Source: an uncultured Alphaproteobacteria bacterium (GTDB lineage: Bacteria > Pseudomonadota > Alphaproteobacteria > HIMB59 > GCA-002718135). Taken from it: 64,000 nucleotides of DNA. The stretch spans positions 23,203 through 87,202 of the forward strand of contig CACNUI010000001.1 in the NCBI GenBank assembly GCA_902623545.1, in the 5' to 3' direction. A model generated the notes under the pieces. The model was not told the DNA's origin, ran no database searches, and saw only the letters and a program-made list of their open reading frames with translations. A program made the position numbers and the translations under genes. Positions 28,427 through 38,618 of this stretch are shown here, piece after piece (position 1 is the first letter of the stretch; every line of letters begins with the position of its first letter).

Positions 28427-30172
28427 GTGAATATTGAAAAATCATTATCTGATAAATATTGGGAAGAAAAGCAAATAGATCCTCGTCATACCCAAAGCCT
28501 TTCTCAAAAAAAATCAATTTCTGAATTTTTTTCAAAACTTCTAATTTCTAGAGGTGTCTTTGAACATAATTATGATGATTATTTAAGTCCTAATTTTTTA
28601 AATAACCTTCCTGATCCTTTTGAGCTTAAAGATATGAAAAAAGGAATTGAGAGGTGTATTGAGGCTTTAAAAAAAAATGAAAAAATTGGAATAATTGCTG
28701 ATTATGACGTTGATGGATCTACATCTGCTTCAATTTTATATAGATTTCTAAATAATTTTACCAATGATATTGTTTGTAAAATTCCTAATAGATTATCGGA
28801 GGGTTATGGTCCAAATATTAGGCTTATGAATGAAATGCTTAATGAAAATATCACACTTTTATTCACTCTTGATTGTGGTACGTCAGCATTTAACTGTATT
28901 GATTTACCTAATTACAATGATATTGATGTTATAGTTATAGACCATCATTTAAGTGAATACAAACTTCCAAGAGTTCATTCTATTATTAATCCAAATCGAT
29001 TTGATGAAAGTAATGATTATAAAGATTTTGCTGCAGTTGCAGTAACTTTTCTATTTTTAATGGGTTTAAGAAGGCAAATTAGAGAATTAAAGTTATTCAC
29101 AAACATAAAAGAACCAAATTTAATGTCTTTTTTGGACTTAGTTGCAATTGGAACAATTTGTGACATTGTTAATATTACCCATTACAATAGATCAATTGTT
29201 TCAAAGGGTTTGGAGCTCATAAGAAGTAGAAAAAATAAATCAATAACAAAAATATTAGATAACTCAAATATAAATCATGAACCTTCAGCTAAAGATATTG
29301 GTTTTATCTTAGGACCACAAATTAATGCAGCAAGTAGAATAGATGATTCATCCTTGTCATGTAAACTTCTAATATCAAATGATGACTCTGAAATAGAAAC
29401 TATTTCTAGAAAACTATTTTTAATTAATGAAAAAAGAAAATTAATTGAGCAAAATATATTTAATGAAGCAATAGAACAAATAAAAGATCAAGTAAATAAA
29501 AAATTTATTATTGTTTATAAAGAGAATTGGCACCAAGGTGTTTTAGGTATAGTGGCTAGCAAAATAGTAGCACTTTATAATAAACCAACATTTGCATTTT
29601 CTTTTATTAATAATGTTGGATCTGGATCAGGCAGATCTATAGATCAAATTGATATTGGCAGTATTGTTCTAGATCTCAAGGCTAATAATCTAATAGAAGA
29701 GGGAGGTGGCCATAGAATGGCCGTGGGTTTAAAAATTAACAAAAATAAATTAGATGAAATAAATAAATATTTAATTAAAAAATTTGATTCATTTCATGAT
29801 AATTTGTTTGAAAAAAAAATATTTTATGACAATGAAATTTCTGTAAATCAATTAAATAAAGAACTTTTAGATAATTTAGAATTGTTAGAGCCTTTTGGTA
29901 AAGGTAATGAGGAACCTCAATTTATAATCAAGGATTTAGTAATAGATCAGGTCAAAAATTTAAAAAATAAGCATATTTTAATTTTTTTTAAAAATGATTT
30001 TGGTGAAAATTTAAAAGGTATTTCTTTCAATAGCATAAATACAGAGATTGGTGATTATCTTATGAAGTTTAATAAATTTAAATTTCATATTTTGTGCTCT
30101 ATTAAAAAAGATAATTTCTCAAATAGTCTCATGCCTCAAATATTGATCCATGATTTAAAAGTAACAAATTAA
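28427..30172 (+). CDS. recJ: ssDNA exonuclease RecJ
   Basis: DYDVDG, PNRLSEGYG, LDCG, IDHH, GTICD, GSGRS, GGGH, LEPFGKGNEEP. Confidence 0.95.
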   Translation: MNIEKSLSDKYWEEKQIDPRHTQSLSQKKSISEFFSKLLISRGVFEHNYDDYLSPNFLNNLPDPFELKDMKKGIERCIEALKKNEKIGIIADYDVDGSTSASILYRFLNNFTNDIVCKIPNRLSEGYGPNIRLMNEMLNENITLLFTLDCGTSAFNCIDLPNYNDIDVIVIDHHLSEYKLPRVHSIINPNRFDESNDYKDFAAVAVTFLFLMGLRRQIRELKLFTNIKEPNLMSFLDLVAIGTICDIVNITHYNRSIVSKGLELIRSRKNKSITKILDNSNINHEPSAKDIGFILGPQINAASRIDDSSLSCKLLISNDDSEIETISRKLFLINEKRKLIEQNIFNEAIEQIKDQVNKKFIIVYKENWHQGVLGIVASKIVALYNKPTFAFSFINNVGSGSGRSIDQIDIGSIVLDLKANNLIEEGGGHRMAVGLKINKNKLDEINKYLIKKFDSFHDNLFEKKIFYDNEISVNQLNKELLDNLELLEPFGKGNEEPQFIIKDLVIDQVKNLKNKHILIFFKNDFGENLKGISFNSINTEIGDYLMKFNKFKFHILCSIKKDNFSNSLMPQILIHDLKVTN

Positions 30173-30177
30173 ATAAT

Positions 30178-30206
30178 TTGAAAAAAATCAAAATATCCAC
30201 TATATA
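30178..30206 (+). promoter_or_regulatory. Putative sigma70 promoter of tRNA-Glu
   Basis: TTGAAA-17 nt-TATATA ending 10 nt upstream of the tRNA 5' end. Confidence 0.55.
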
Positions 30207-30216
30207 CCAACAATGT

Positions 30217-30291
30217 GTCCCCTTCGTCTATCGGTTAGGACATCAGGTTTTCATCCTGAAAAGAGGAGTTCGACTCTCCTAGGGGATGCCA
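30217..30291 (+). tRNA. tRNA-Glu (TTC)
   Basis: Acceptor GTCCCCT/AGGGGAT, anticodon arm TCAGG-TT-TTC-AT-CCTGA, GTTCGAC T-loop, encoded CCA. Confidence 0.97.
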
Positions 30292-30296
30292 CTAAA

Positions 30297-31283
30297 CTAG
30301 GGGCAAAGAATTATTGACCCAACCGAATTTCTGGATTGAATCAACTCATGGGCTTGACTAGCTTCGGATAGTTTAAATTTTTTGAATATATTAGGCCTTA
30401 TTTCTTTATTTTTAATTTTTGAAAATAATTTTTTACTACATTCTAATAATTCTTCTGAATTACGGATATAATGCATTAGTGTTGGTCTTGTATAATATAA
30501 ACTTTTAGGATTAAATGTACTATGAAGATTAACTTCATTTACCATTCCTGAAGATTGTCCGAAAGACACCATTAGTCCTCTAAATTTTAAACATTTTAAA
30601 GATGTATCAAATGTATCTTTACCAACTCCATCATAAACGACGTTAACTCCTTCATTGTTTGTCAATTTCATAACATTACTATGTACATCTTCTTGTTTAT
30701 AATTAATCGTAAATTCACATCCATTTTTTTTTGCTAATGATGCTTTTTCATCAGTACTAACAGTACCTATCATTTTTGCCCCAATTGATTTTGCCCATTG
30801 ACTGGCAACTAATCCAACACCTCCTGCAGCTGCATGAAATAAAAAAATTTCATCTTTTTGTAACTTATACAATCTCTCAAAAAGATATTCGACTGTCATT
30901 CCCTGTAACAATATTGAAGCGGCTTCATCATTAGAAATATATTCTGGTAATTTTACAACTCTTTGAGCATCAAAATCTCTAATTTCGCAATAAGCGCCAA
31001 TTGGGGGACTAAAGGAGTATGCTACTCTATCACCAATTTTTAAGTGATTAACATTATCACCAATTTCGATAATATCTCCTGCCGCTTCCACTCCTAAACA
31101 AAAAGGAATTTCTATAGGAAGTGGGTATATCCCAGTTCTGTGATAGGTATCTATGTAATTAATACCTATTGAAGTTTGTTTGATCCTAATCATATTTTCA
31201 TCTATATTTTTAGATAAATCATAGTTTTCGTATTTCAAAACTTCTGGACCACCTAGTTTACTGACTACAACTCTATTTGGCAT
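30297..31283 (-). CDS. qor: NADPH:quinone oxidoreductase (zeta-crystallin/MDR family)
   Basis: GGPEVL, GINYIDTYHRTGIYP, HAAAGGVG, VYDGVGKDTF, VSFGQSSG. Confidence 0.92.
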   Translation of the reverse strand: MPNRVVVSKLGGPEVLKYENYDLSKNIDENMIRIKQTSIGINYIDTYHRTGIYPLPIEIPFCLGVEAAGDIIEIGDNVNHLKIGDRVAYSFSPPIGAYCEIRDFDAQRVVKLPEYISNDEAASILLQGMTVEYLFERLYKLQKDEIFLFHAAAGGVGLVASQWAKSIGAKMIGTVSTDEKASLAKKNGCEFTINYKQEDVHSNVMKLTNNEGVNVVYDGVGKDTFDTSLKCLKFRGLMVSFGQSSGMVNEVNLHSTFNPKSLYYTRPTLMHYIRNSEELLECSKKLFSKIKNKEIRPNIFKKFKLSEASQAHELIQSRNSVGSIILCP

Positions 31284-33225
31284 ATATACTCTTTAAGCTT
31301 TTATACACTAATTCAAATTCTTTTAAACATTCTGGATTGGCTAATGACTCCTCATTTTCAATACTGTTACCATTAATTAATTTTTTAATCAGTATTTCTA
31401 CTATTTTACCACTTCTAGTTCTGGGTATTTCAGCTACAGCATAAATTTGCGATGGAATATGTTTGTATGAAAGATTAATTTTGATTTCTTCTATTATTTT
31501 TTGCTTCAAATTTTCATTAAATTCATATTCATTATTCAAGACTACAAACAGTACTATTTTTGTATCATTTTGTAATTTATATTCTACCGCTACAGCTTCC
31601 TCAATTTCGGTAATGTTTTCAATTACTCTATATATTTCAGCAGTACCAATTCTTACGCCTCCAGAATTGAGAGTTGCATCTGATCTACCGTGGATAATGT
31701 AACCGCCATTTACAGTTTTCTCAATATAATCACCATGATACCAAATGTTTTCATATTTACTAAAATAAGAATTAAAATATTTTTTATTATCATTATCATT
31801 CCAAAAATATAATGGCATTGATGGAAATGATGATTTACATACTAATTCACCTTTTTGATTTTTAATTGAATTTGCATTTTCATCAAAAACATCAACATCC
31901 ATTCCCAAACCTTTACATTGAATTTCTCCACTGTAAACATCCATTGATGGATTTCCTAATACAAAACATGATACAATATCAGTACCGCCACTAATAGATG
32001 CTAAATGCACATCATTTTTAATAAACTTATATACATACTCATATGTGTGATTTACCAAAGGTGATCCTGTTGAGGCAATAATCTCTAATTGTTGAAGATT
32101 ATATTTTTTAATTATTTCTATTTTTTTATTTTTAAGAGTATCTAAATATTTTGCACCTGTTCCAAAAAAAGTTATTTTTTCTTTTTCTGCAATTTCAAAT
32201 AAATACTCATAATTTGGTCTGAAAGGAGAACCATCAAATAAAACAATCGAAGCTTTAGAAGATAATGCAGAAATTAACCAATTCCACATCATCCAACCAC
32301 ATGTTGTAAAATAAAAAACCCTATCATTTTCTTTTATATTACAATGTAATTGATGTTCTTTTTTATGTTGAATTAATGATCCTCCAGCACCATGTACTAT
32401 ACACTTTGGTATTCCTGTCGTGCCACTTGAATATAAAATATAAAGTGGATGATTAAATTCAAACTTTTCAAATTTTTCATTTTTATTTTTTGATTTTTGT
32501 ATTGTACTCCATTCAATATATTCAAAATCAACTTTTAAATTTGCTCTTTCTTTTTCATATGGAATAACAATTATATTTTCTATACTTGAAATATTTTCTA
32601 AAATTTGTGATACTATACTAGTTGTGTCAATTTTTTTTTTATTGTAATAATAATAATCAGTTACTATTAATACTTTAGGTTCGATTTGTTTAAATCTATC
32701 AATAACTGCTTTTTTTCCAAAATCTGATGAACATGATGTCCAAATTGCACCAATCTGTGATGTTGCAAGAAAAGACACAACAGTTTCAGGTAGATTTGGT
32801 AAAATGGCTGCTATTCTATCAGATTTTTTAATATTAATTGTGTTTTTTAAAAAATATGAAAATTTAAACACCTTATCTCGTAATTGATTCCAGGAAAATG
32901 ATCTTCGTAAATTATTTTCAGAATAAAAAATTATAGCATCAGTATCATCTTGTTTAGATAAACAATTTTCAGAGTAATTAATTTTACTATCTTTAAAAAA
33001 ATTGCACTTAATAAATTCTTCGTTGTGTATATAAATCCTTCCTTTTAAATCACCTATAATCTTTGTAAATTTCCATACCTCTTTCCAAAAATCATTTTTA
33101 TTGTCAATGCTCCATTTATGTAAGTCAAAATATGAAAGGAATGTTGAATGATTCTTTAAGCTATTAGTAAACTTAGTTAAATTATTTTCTTTTTTAGGTG
33201 CATTCCACAACTTTAAGTTGTGCAT
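31273..33225 (-). CDS. Acetoacetate-CoA ligase (acetoacetyl-CoA synthetase)
   Basis: ILYSSGTTGIPKCIVHGAGG, FTTCGWMMWNWL, SISGGTDI, GRSDATLNSGGVRIGTAEIY. Confidence 0.93.
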   Translation of the reverse strand: MHNLKLWNAPKKENNLTKFTNSLKNHSTFLSYFDLHKWSIDNKNDFWKEVWKFTKIIGDLKGRIYIHNEEFIKCNFFKDSKINYSENCLSKQDDTDAIIFYSENNLRRSFSWNQLRDKVFKFSYFLKNTINIKKSDRIAAILPNLPETVVSFLATSQIGAIWTSCSSDFGKKAVIDRFKQIEPKVLIVTDYYYYNKKKIDTTSIVSQILENISSIENIIVIPYEKERANLKVDFEYIEWSTIQKSKNKNEKFEKFEFNHPLYILYSSGTTGIPKCIVHGAGGSLIQHKKEHQLHCNIKENDRVFYFTTCGWMMWNWLISALSSKASIVLFDGSPFRPNYEYLFEIAEKEKITFFGTGAKYLDTLKNKKIEIIKKYNLQQLEIIASTGSPLVNHTYEYVYKFIKNDVHLASISGGTDIVSCFVLGNPSMDVYSGEIQCKGLGMDVDVFDENANSIKNQKGELVCKSSFPSMPLYFWNDNDNKKYFNSYFSKYENIWYHGDYIEKTVNGGYIIHGRSDATLNSGGVRIGTAEIYRVIENITEIEEAVAVEYKLQNDTKIVLFVVLNNEYEFNENLKQKIIEEIKINLSYKHIPSQIYAVAEIPRTRSGKIVEILIKKLINGNSIENEESLANPECLKEFELVYKSLKSIYAK

Positions 33226-33231
33226 TGTTAT

Positions 33232-33684
33232 TTAATTCTTCTTGTTATCTTTTAATGATCTTACTCTGACAATTACATCAATATTATGTAAATTTAGACA
33301 TGCGGGGATAGATGGTAAATCTAAATTTACATTATTTGTAGGTATGTCATGAACTTTTCCCTCATCCTCGATATATAAATGATAATGTGGTTTATTATTT
33401 GTATCATAAAGAGATTTGTTTTTATCAACTACAATTTCTCTAATTAACCCTAAATTAGTAAATTGTTTTAAAGTATTATAGATCGTTGCCATTGAAATTT
33501 TACGATCCTCTTTTTTCACTTCATCAAATAAATTTTCAGCTGAGATGTGACGATTACCTTTTTGAAACAATATTTTTGCTAGAATTCTTCTTTGTTTAGT
33601 TGGAATAATGCCACTTTCTTCAATTTTCTTTAATGCTATGCTATATGCATTAAATGGATCATAAGGTTTAATTTCAGATTTCAT
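33232..33684 (-). CDS. irr: Fur-family regulator, Irr-like
   Basis: PTKQR..LA, RHISAE, ISMATIYNTLKQF, YDTN..PHYHLY, C-terminal IDVIVRVR; lacks the Fur CxxC motifs. Confidence 0.82.
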   Translation of the reverse strand: MKSEIKPYDPFNAYSIALKKIEESGIIPTKQRRILAKILFQKGNRHISAENLFDEVKKEDRKISMATIYNTLKQFTNLGLIREIVVDKNKSLYDTNNKPHYHLYIEDEGKVHDIPTNNVNLDLPSIPACLNLHNIDVIVRVRSLKDNKKN

Positions 33685-33697
33685 ATTTTACTATTAT

Positions 33698-34495
33698 ATG
33701 GTTTACATTTTTTCAGCAATTTTTCTATATTTATTTTTTGGCTGTATGCTGTTTATCCTTCAAAGACGTTTACTTTTCAACACTTCTGGACATCCTGGCA
33801 CACCTAGTGACTATGATTTATACTCAACTAAAGAGATACATATTCTTACTGATGATAATATTACTCTTCTTTCTTGGTTTCATAAAGCAGATGAAAAACT
33901 ACCATTATTAATTTATTTTCATGGAAATTCTTTTAATATTGGTGATAGGGCCAATAGGATAAAAAAATATATTGATAAAAATTGGAATGTCATTTTAGTT
34001 TCATGGAGAGGGTTTGGAGGTAATAATGGTAAGCCAACTGAAAAAAACCTATATAAAGATGGAGAAGCAGTATTGAAATGGGTTTCAAAAAATACAAATT
34101 TTACTAAAAATCAAATTATTATTTATGGAGAATCCTTAGGTTCTGGAGTAGCAGTAGAACTAGGTACAAAATATAATTTTTTAAGTATAGTATTGGAAGC
34201 TCCATTTACATCAATTTATGATATTGCAAGTAAAAGGTATAAAATATATCCGACAAAATATCTTGTTAAAGATAAATTTGATAATTTAAGCAAAATTGAT
34301 AAAATTAAATCCCCATTGCTAATTTTAAGTGGTAAAAAAGATGAAGTAGTACCCCACAATCATAGTTTACTTTTATTAAATAAAGCAAAAGTAATAAAAA
34401 AAGGTGTTTTTATTGACGAAGCAATACATAATAATCTATACGACTATGGCATTGAAAAAGATGTAATTGCATTTAATTTAAATATATGGAAATAG
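33698..34495 (+). CDS. Membrane-anchored alpha/beta hydrolase (Bem46/ABHD13-like)
   Basis: YFHGN, WRGFG, nucleophile YGESLG, LEAPFTS, DEVVP, HNN. Confidence 0.88.
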   Translation: MVYIFSAIFLYLFFGCMLFILQRRLLFNTSGHPGTPSDYDLYSTKEIHILTDDNITLLSWFHKADEKLPLLIYFHGNSFNIGDRANRIKKYIDKNWNVILVSWRGFGGNNGKPTEKNLYKDGEAVLKWVSKNTNFTKNQIIIYGESLGSGVAVELGTKYNFLSIVLEAPFTSIYDIASKRYKIYPTKYLVKDKFDNLSKIDKIKSPLLILSGKKDEVVPHNHSLLLLNKAKVIKKGVFIDEAIHNNLYDYGIEKDVIAFNLNIWK

Positions 34496-35787
34496 ATTTA
34501 ACAACATCATATGTGGGTATTTTAAGTCTTATAGTATTTGTTTTAGCATATGCTGTAGTTATGGCTGAAGAATTTAGTCATTTGCGTAAATCTAAGCCAG
34601 TAATTATTTCAGCCGCAGTCATTTGGGCAATTATTGCGTTTTATTTTGCTGGAGATAAAGAATATGCAAAAAAGATTGAATATGCTTTGGAACATAATAT
34701 TCTTGAATTTGCCGAACTTTTTTTATTTCTTTTGGTTGCCATGACTTACATTAATGCTCTTGAAGAGCGAAAAGTTTTTGATAATGTAAGATATCAATTA
34801 ACATCAAGAGGTTTTAGTTTTAGACAACTTTTTGTATTTACTGGTATTATTACTTTTTTTCTTTCACCAATTGCAGACAATTTAACCACAGCACTTGTTA
34901 TGTGTTCAGTTGTAATGGCTTGTGGAAAAGGCAATTCTAAATTTATTTCTATTGGCTGTATAAATATTGTTGTTGCAGCAAATGCAGGTGGAGCTTTTAG
35001 TCCATTTGGTGATATTACTACATTAATGGTATGGCAAGCTGGTATTGTCGAATTTTTTACTTTTTTTAAAATATTTTTCCCTTCAGTTGTTAATTATATA
35101 ATACCTGCTGCTATTATGTATTTCTTTATACCCAATGAAAAACCTGAAGTAAGTTCAGATAGAGTTATAATAAAAAGAGGTGGTAAATTTATAATTTTTT
35201 TAGGTTTATTTACTATTTTTAGTGCAGTTAATTTTCATAATATCTTACACTTACCACCCATGTTAGGAATGATGTTTGGCTTAGGTCTTCTAGGTCTTTT
35301 CTCTTTTTACCTTAAGGTAACTCACAATCCATCAACTGAGGATGAAAAATTTGATTTTTTTAGAAAAGTTTCAAGAGCTGAATGGGATACACTATTATTT
35401 TTCTTTGGTGTTATACTCAGCGTAGGTGGATTAGGGTTCATAGGATACCTTACTTTAGTATCAGAATTTTTATACGTTGGCTTAGGCCCTACAATGGCAA
35501 ACTCAATTGTTGGAGTATTGTCAGCTATAGTTGATAATATTCCAGTAATGTTTGCAGTCATTACAATGAGACCAGAAATGTCTATTGATCAGTGGTTATT
35601 AGTCACCCTAACCACTGGTGTGGGGGGAAGTTTATTATCAATAGGATCTGCAGCTGGTGTTGCCTTAATGGGTCAAGCTAGAGGCTATTATACATTTTTT
35701 GGTCATCTAAAATGGACACCTGTTATTTTTATAGGCTATGTAGCTAGTATCTACCTTCACGTATTAATGGCAGATCTGCCATGGTAA
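34486..35787 (+). CDS. nhaD: Na+/H+ antiporter NhaD
   Basis: EEFSHLRKSKP, SPIADNLTTAL, ANAGGAFSPFGDITT, SAIVDNIPV, GGSLLSIGSAAGVA. Confidence 0.93.
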   Translation: MEIDLTTSYVGILSLIVFVLAYAVVMAEEFSHLRKSKPVIISAAVIWAIIAFYFAGDKEYAKKIEYALEHNILEFAELFLFLLVAMTYINALEERKVFDNVRYQLTSRGFSFRQLFVFTGIITFFLSPIADNLTTALVMCSVVMACGKGNSKFISIGCINIVVAANAGGAFSPFGDITTLMVWQAGIVEFFTFFKIFFPSVVNYIIPAAIMYFFIPNEKPEVSSDRVIIKRGGKFIIFLGLFTIFSAVNFHNILHLPPMLGMMFGLGLLGLFSFYLKVTHNPSTEDEKFDFFRKVSRAEWDTLLFFFGVILSVGGLGFIGYLTLVSEFLYVGLGPTMANSIVGVLSAIVDNIPVMFAVITMRPEMSIDQWLLVTLTTGVGGSLLSIGSAAGVALMGQARGYYTFFGHLKWTPVIFIGYVASIYLHVLMADLPW

Positions 35788-37346
35788 TTTAGATTGTCAA
35801 TAGCTAAAAAGATAATCATGCTTAATATTAAAATTACACCAGCAACAAAAGAAGCTTCATTAAATTTGTAAACACTAATCAATTTATATAAATAAGATGG
35901 CAAAGTATCAAAATTTTGATCATTAAAAAATGATATTATAGTAAAGTCACCAAACGTAATAACTGTTGAAAATGCAAAAACAAAAATTAAATTTTTCTTA
36001 ATCATTGGGAGTAAAATAATAAAATAATTATTTATATTGATGCGAAAAGTTTGCTGAAAATTTTCAAAATTTAGAAAAATATTTTTAAGGTTATTAAAAA
36101 GTATTAATATAGAAAAGGGTAATAAGAAAAGACAATTTATCAAAATTATCACTAAATATTTTATAAATTGCATATATCTTAATTCATCCAGTACAATAAA
36201 ATAACCAAGACTAAATATTACTGGTGAAATAATTATTATTGATGAACTTATTAAAAATATTAATTGTTGAAAAATAATATTTCTATAATTTATTACAATT
36301 ATTGATGAAATTATCAACCCAGTTATACTCACAATAATTCCTGTTGAAATTGAAATAATTAGAGAATTAAAAAAAGATTCTAAAAATTTTATATTAATTA
36401 AAGATAAATAAATACCATTGTTAATAAAATTATATATTACAGTAAGTATTGGAGAAAAAAGAAAGATTGAAAAAAATATAATAACAAAATAATCTATTAA
36501 TTTTATAATTTTATAATCTTTATGAGGATGGATAAAATCAATTTGATCTATTTCAAAAAAACTTGAACCTTTTAATTTGTAGAAACCAATAAATAAAAAA
36601 AATATACAAATAAAAATTTGTGCAAAACTTAACAAAATTGCTTTGCTAAAATTTAGTTCAAAAAGTGCATATTGATAAATTGCCACCTCAATCGTTGAAT
36701 ACATAGGCCCACCACCTAAAGCCATTACTATTGCAAAACTTAAAAAACAAAGAGAAAATATTATTGAGAAAACAGAAAAGAAATTTTGTCTAATATAAGG
36801 TAATTCCAATTTTATAAGATTACCAATAAAAGTTATATTAAGAGAGATAGAGGTTTCATAATATTTTAAAGGAATACTATTTATGGACTGAAAAAATAAT
36901 CGAGTCGCAAATGGCGCATTAAGAAGTATATGTGCAATTAGAATTGCTTTCATACCATAAATTGTTTCTATTGATAAAATTTCGTATAAATTAAAATATG
37001 AGTTATAAAACCCATTATTTCCAAAAAGTTTGATAACAGCGAATACTATTAAGATAGTTGGAATCACAAAACAAAATCCACAAATTGAAACAATTAATTT
37101 AATTATTTTTAAATTCTTATGCCTATTTAATGCCAATGCAAATGGAATAGCTAATAAACAACTGCATAAAGCAGAGAGAAAAGCTTGGTATAATGAAAAA
37201 TAAATTAAACGATGTGTATAAGAATTTTTTAAAAAATCTTTGATAAAACTTAAATCAAAGTTAATTTTCGAAAAAATACCTATGAAAGGGAATACGATTA
37301 CTACCCCAAAAAAAAATAAAACTATAATATTATGTTTATAATACAA
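35757..37346 (-). CDS. thiP: Thiamine ABC transporter permease ThiP
   Basis: Two-domain permease; SLYQAFLSALCS, IAHILLNAPFATR, SFAIVMALGGGP..STIEVAIYQ; downstream of thiB and the TPP riboswitch. Confidence 0.88.
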   Translation of the reverse strand: MYYKHNIIVLFFFGVVIVFPFIGIFSKINFDLSFIKDFLKNSYTHRLIYFSLYQAFLSALCSCLLAIPFALALNRHKNLKIIKLIVSICGFCFVIPTILIVFAVIKLFGNNGFYNSYFNLYEILSIETIYGMKAILIAHILLNAPFATRLFFQSINSIPLKYYETSISLNITFIGNLIKLELPYIRQNFFSVFSIIFSLCFLSFAIVMALGGGPMYSTIEVAIYQYALFELNFSKAILLSFAQIFICIFFLFIGFYKLKGSSFFEIDQIDFIHPHKDYKIIKLIDYFVIIFFSIFLFSPILTVIYNFINNGIYLSLINIKFLESFFNSLIISISTGIIVSITGLIISSIIVINYRNIIFQQLIFLISSSIIIISPVIFSLGYFIVLDELRYMQFIKYLVIILINCLFLLPFSILILFNNLKNIFLNFENFQQTFRININNYFIILLPMIKKNLIFVFAFSTVITFGDFTIISFFNDQNFDTLPSYLYKLISVYKFNEASFVAGVILILSMIIFLAIDNLNYHGRSAINT

Positions 37347-37351
37347 TTTAT

Positions 37352-38335
37352 TTAAGATGCATTAAGCCACTCATCAATCCATTTGTCTTTATTTTTATTA
37401 ATTTCTTTTGGATCTATTTGAATAAATTTAGGAACTTTGAGTTTATCAAATGCTTCAGGTAAATCTTTAATATTTGTTACAGGGTACATTATATTTGTCG
37501 ATGGAATTACTGATTGAAATTCTTCTGACAACATGAAATTAAGAAATTTATTTGCTAAATCTTTATTGTTTGAATTATTTAAGATCCCAGCAAATTCAAT
37601 TGTTATATAATTTCCCTCCTCAAAGGTCGTTGCAAGAATATCATATCTTTCTTCAAACATAATATGGGCTGCAGGTGATGTAGTATAACTCAAAACCATA
37701 TCTGCTTCACCAGCCATAAAAAAATTATAATATGAATCTGTCCATCCTTTGGTAACTGAGATAATTTTTTTATTTAACTTTTTCCATTCATCACTAGCTT
37801 GATCTCCATATAAAGCTTTCATCCAAGTAAGTAATCCTAATCCTGGAGTAGAAGTTCTAGGGTCTTGAATTACAATTCTAGCATTAGTAGAATTAATTAA
37901 TTCATCCATAGATTTTGGAGGCGATACTAAATTTGCTTCATTGTATACAAAGGAGAAGTATCCATAGTTATATGGAACAAATTTATTACTTTCCCAATTT
38001 AATGGTAGATTCATTAGGCTGTTTATGTTGCCCATATTATGGGTTGTAAAAAGCTGTGATTTATCTGCTAGGTCAAATAAATTCATATCGAGACCTAGAA
38101 CTATATCTGCTTTGGAGGAATTACCTTCTAAAATAACTTTATTTAATAATGTTGCTGCACTATCTACTGACACAAACTTTATATCTGTGTTATGTTTTTC
38201 TTCAAATATCTTTTCAATTATTGGTCCAGGACCCCATTCTGAAACAAAAGAGTCATAAGTATAAATAGTTAATTTATCAGCATAGATTGAGAAAGAGATA
38301 AATAAGGTAGTAAAAAAAATTAGTATTGTTTTCAT
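37352..38335 (-). CDS. thiB: Thiamine ABC substrate-binding protein ThiB
   Basis: LTIYTYDSFVSEWGPGP, DPRTSTPGLG, VLSYTTSPAAH. Confidence 0.95.
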   Translation of the reverse strand: MKTILIFFTTLFISFSIYADKLTIYTYDSFVSEWGPGPIIEKIFEEKHNTDIKFVSVDSAATLLNKVILEGNSSKADIVLGLDMNLFDLADKSQLFTTHNMGNINSLMNLPLNWESNKFVPYNYGYFSFVYNEANLVSPPKSMDELINSTNARIVIQDPRTSTPGLGLLTWMKALYGDQASDEWKKLNKKIISVTKGWTDSYYNFFMAGEADMVLSYTTSPAAHIMFEERYDILATTFEEGNYITIEFAGILNNSNNKDLANKFLNFMLSEEFQSVIPSTNIMYPVTNIKDLPEAFDKLKVPKFIQIDPKEINKNKDKWIDEWLNAS

Positions 38336-38406
38336 TTTTCCTCCGCTGGCATTATCCAGATCAGGTTAAAAGGGTATAAATCTCAGCATTTAAGCACCCC
38401 TAAATT
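38333..38406 (-). ncRNA. TPP (thi-box) riboswitch
   Basis: Minus strand: AGGGGTGC-TTAAAT-GCTGAGA-TTTAT-ACCC-TTTT-AACCTGATCTGGATAATGCCAGCG-GAGG-AAAAATG; conserved CTGAGA and ACCTGA...TAATGCCAGCG blocks immediately 5' of thiB. Confidence 0.95.
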
Positions 38407-38484
38407 AATTATAATAAATATTATTTTAAAAACAAACATAAAAGAATTGTTTTTAGCTTATTTATGAATATAACAAATTTTTCT

Positions 38485-38561
38485 CGGGGAGTAGCGCAGC
38501 CTGGTAGCGCACCTGGTTTGGGACCAGGGGGTCGAAGGTTCGAATCCTTTCTCCCCGACCA
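38485..38561 (+). tRNA. tRNA-Pro (TGG)
   Basis: Acceptor CGGGGAG/CTCCCCG, anticodon arm CCTGG-TT-TGG-GA-CCAGG, GGTTCGAATCC, CCA. Confidence 0.97.
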
Positions 38562-38618
38562 TTTGTTTGTAAATTGCCTGTTATTTAGAGATAAATCACA
38601 TATATAGTTAGCACCATT

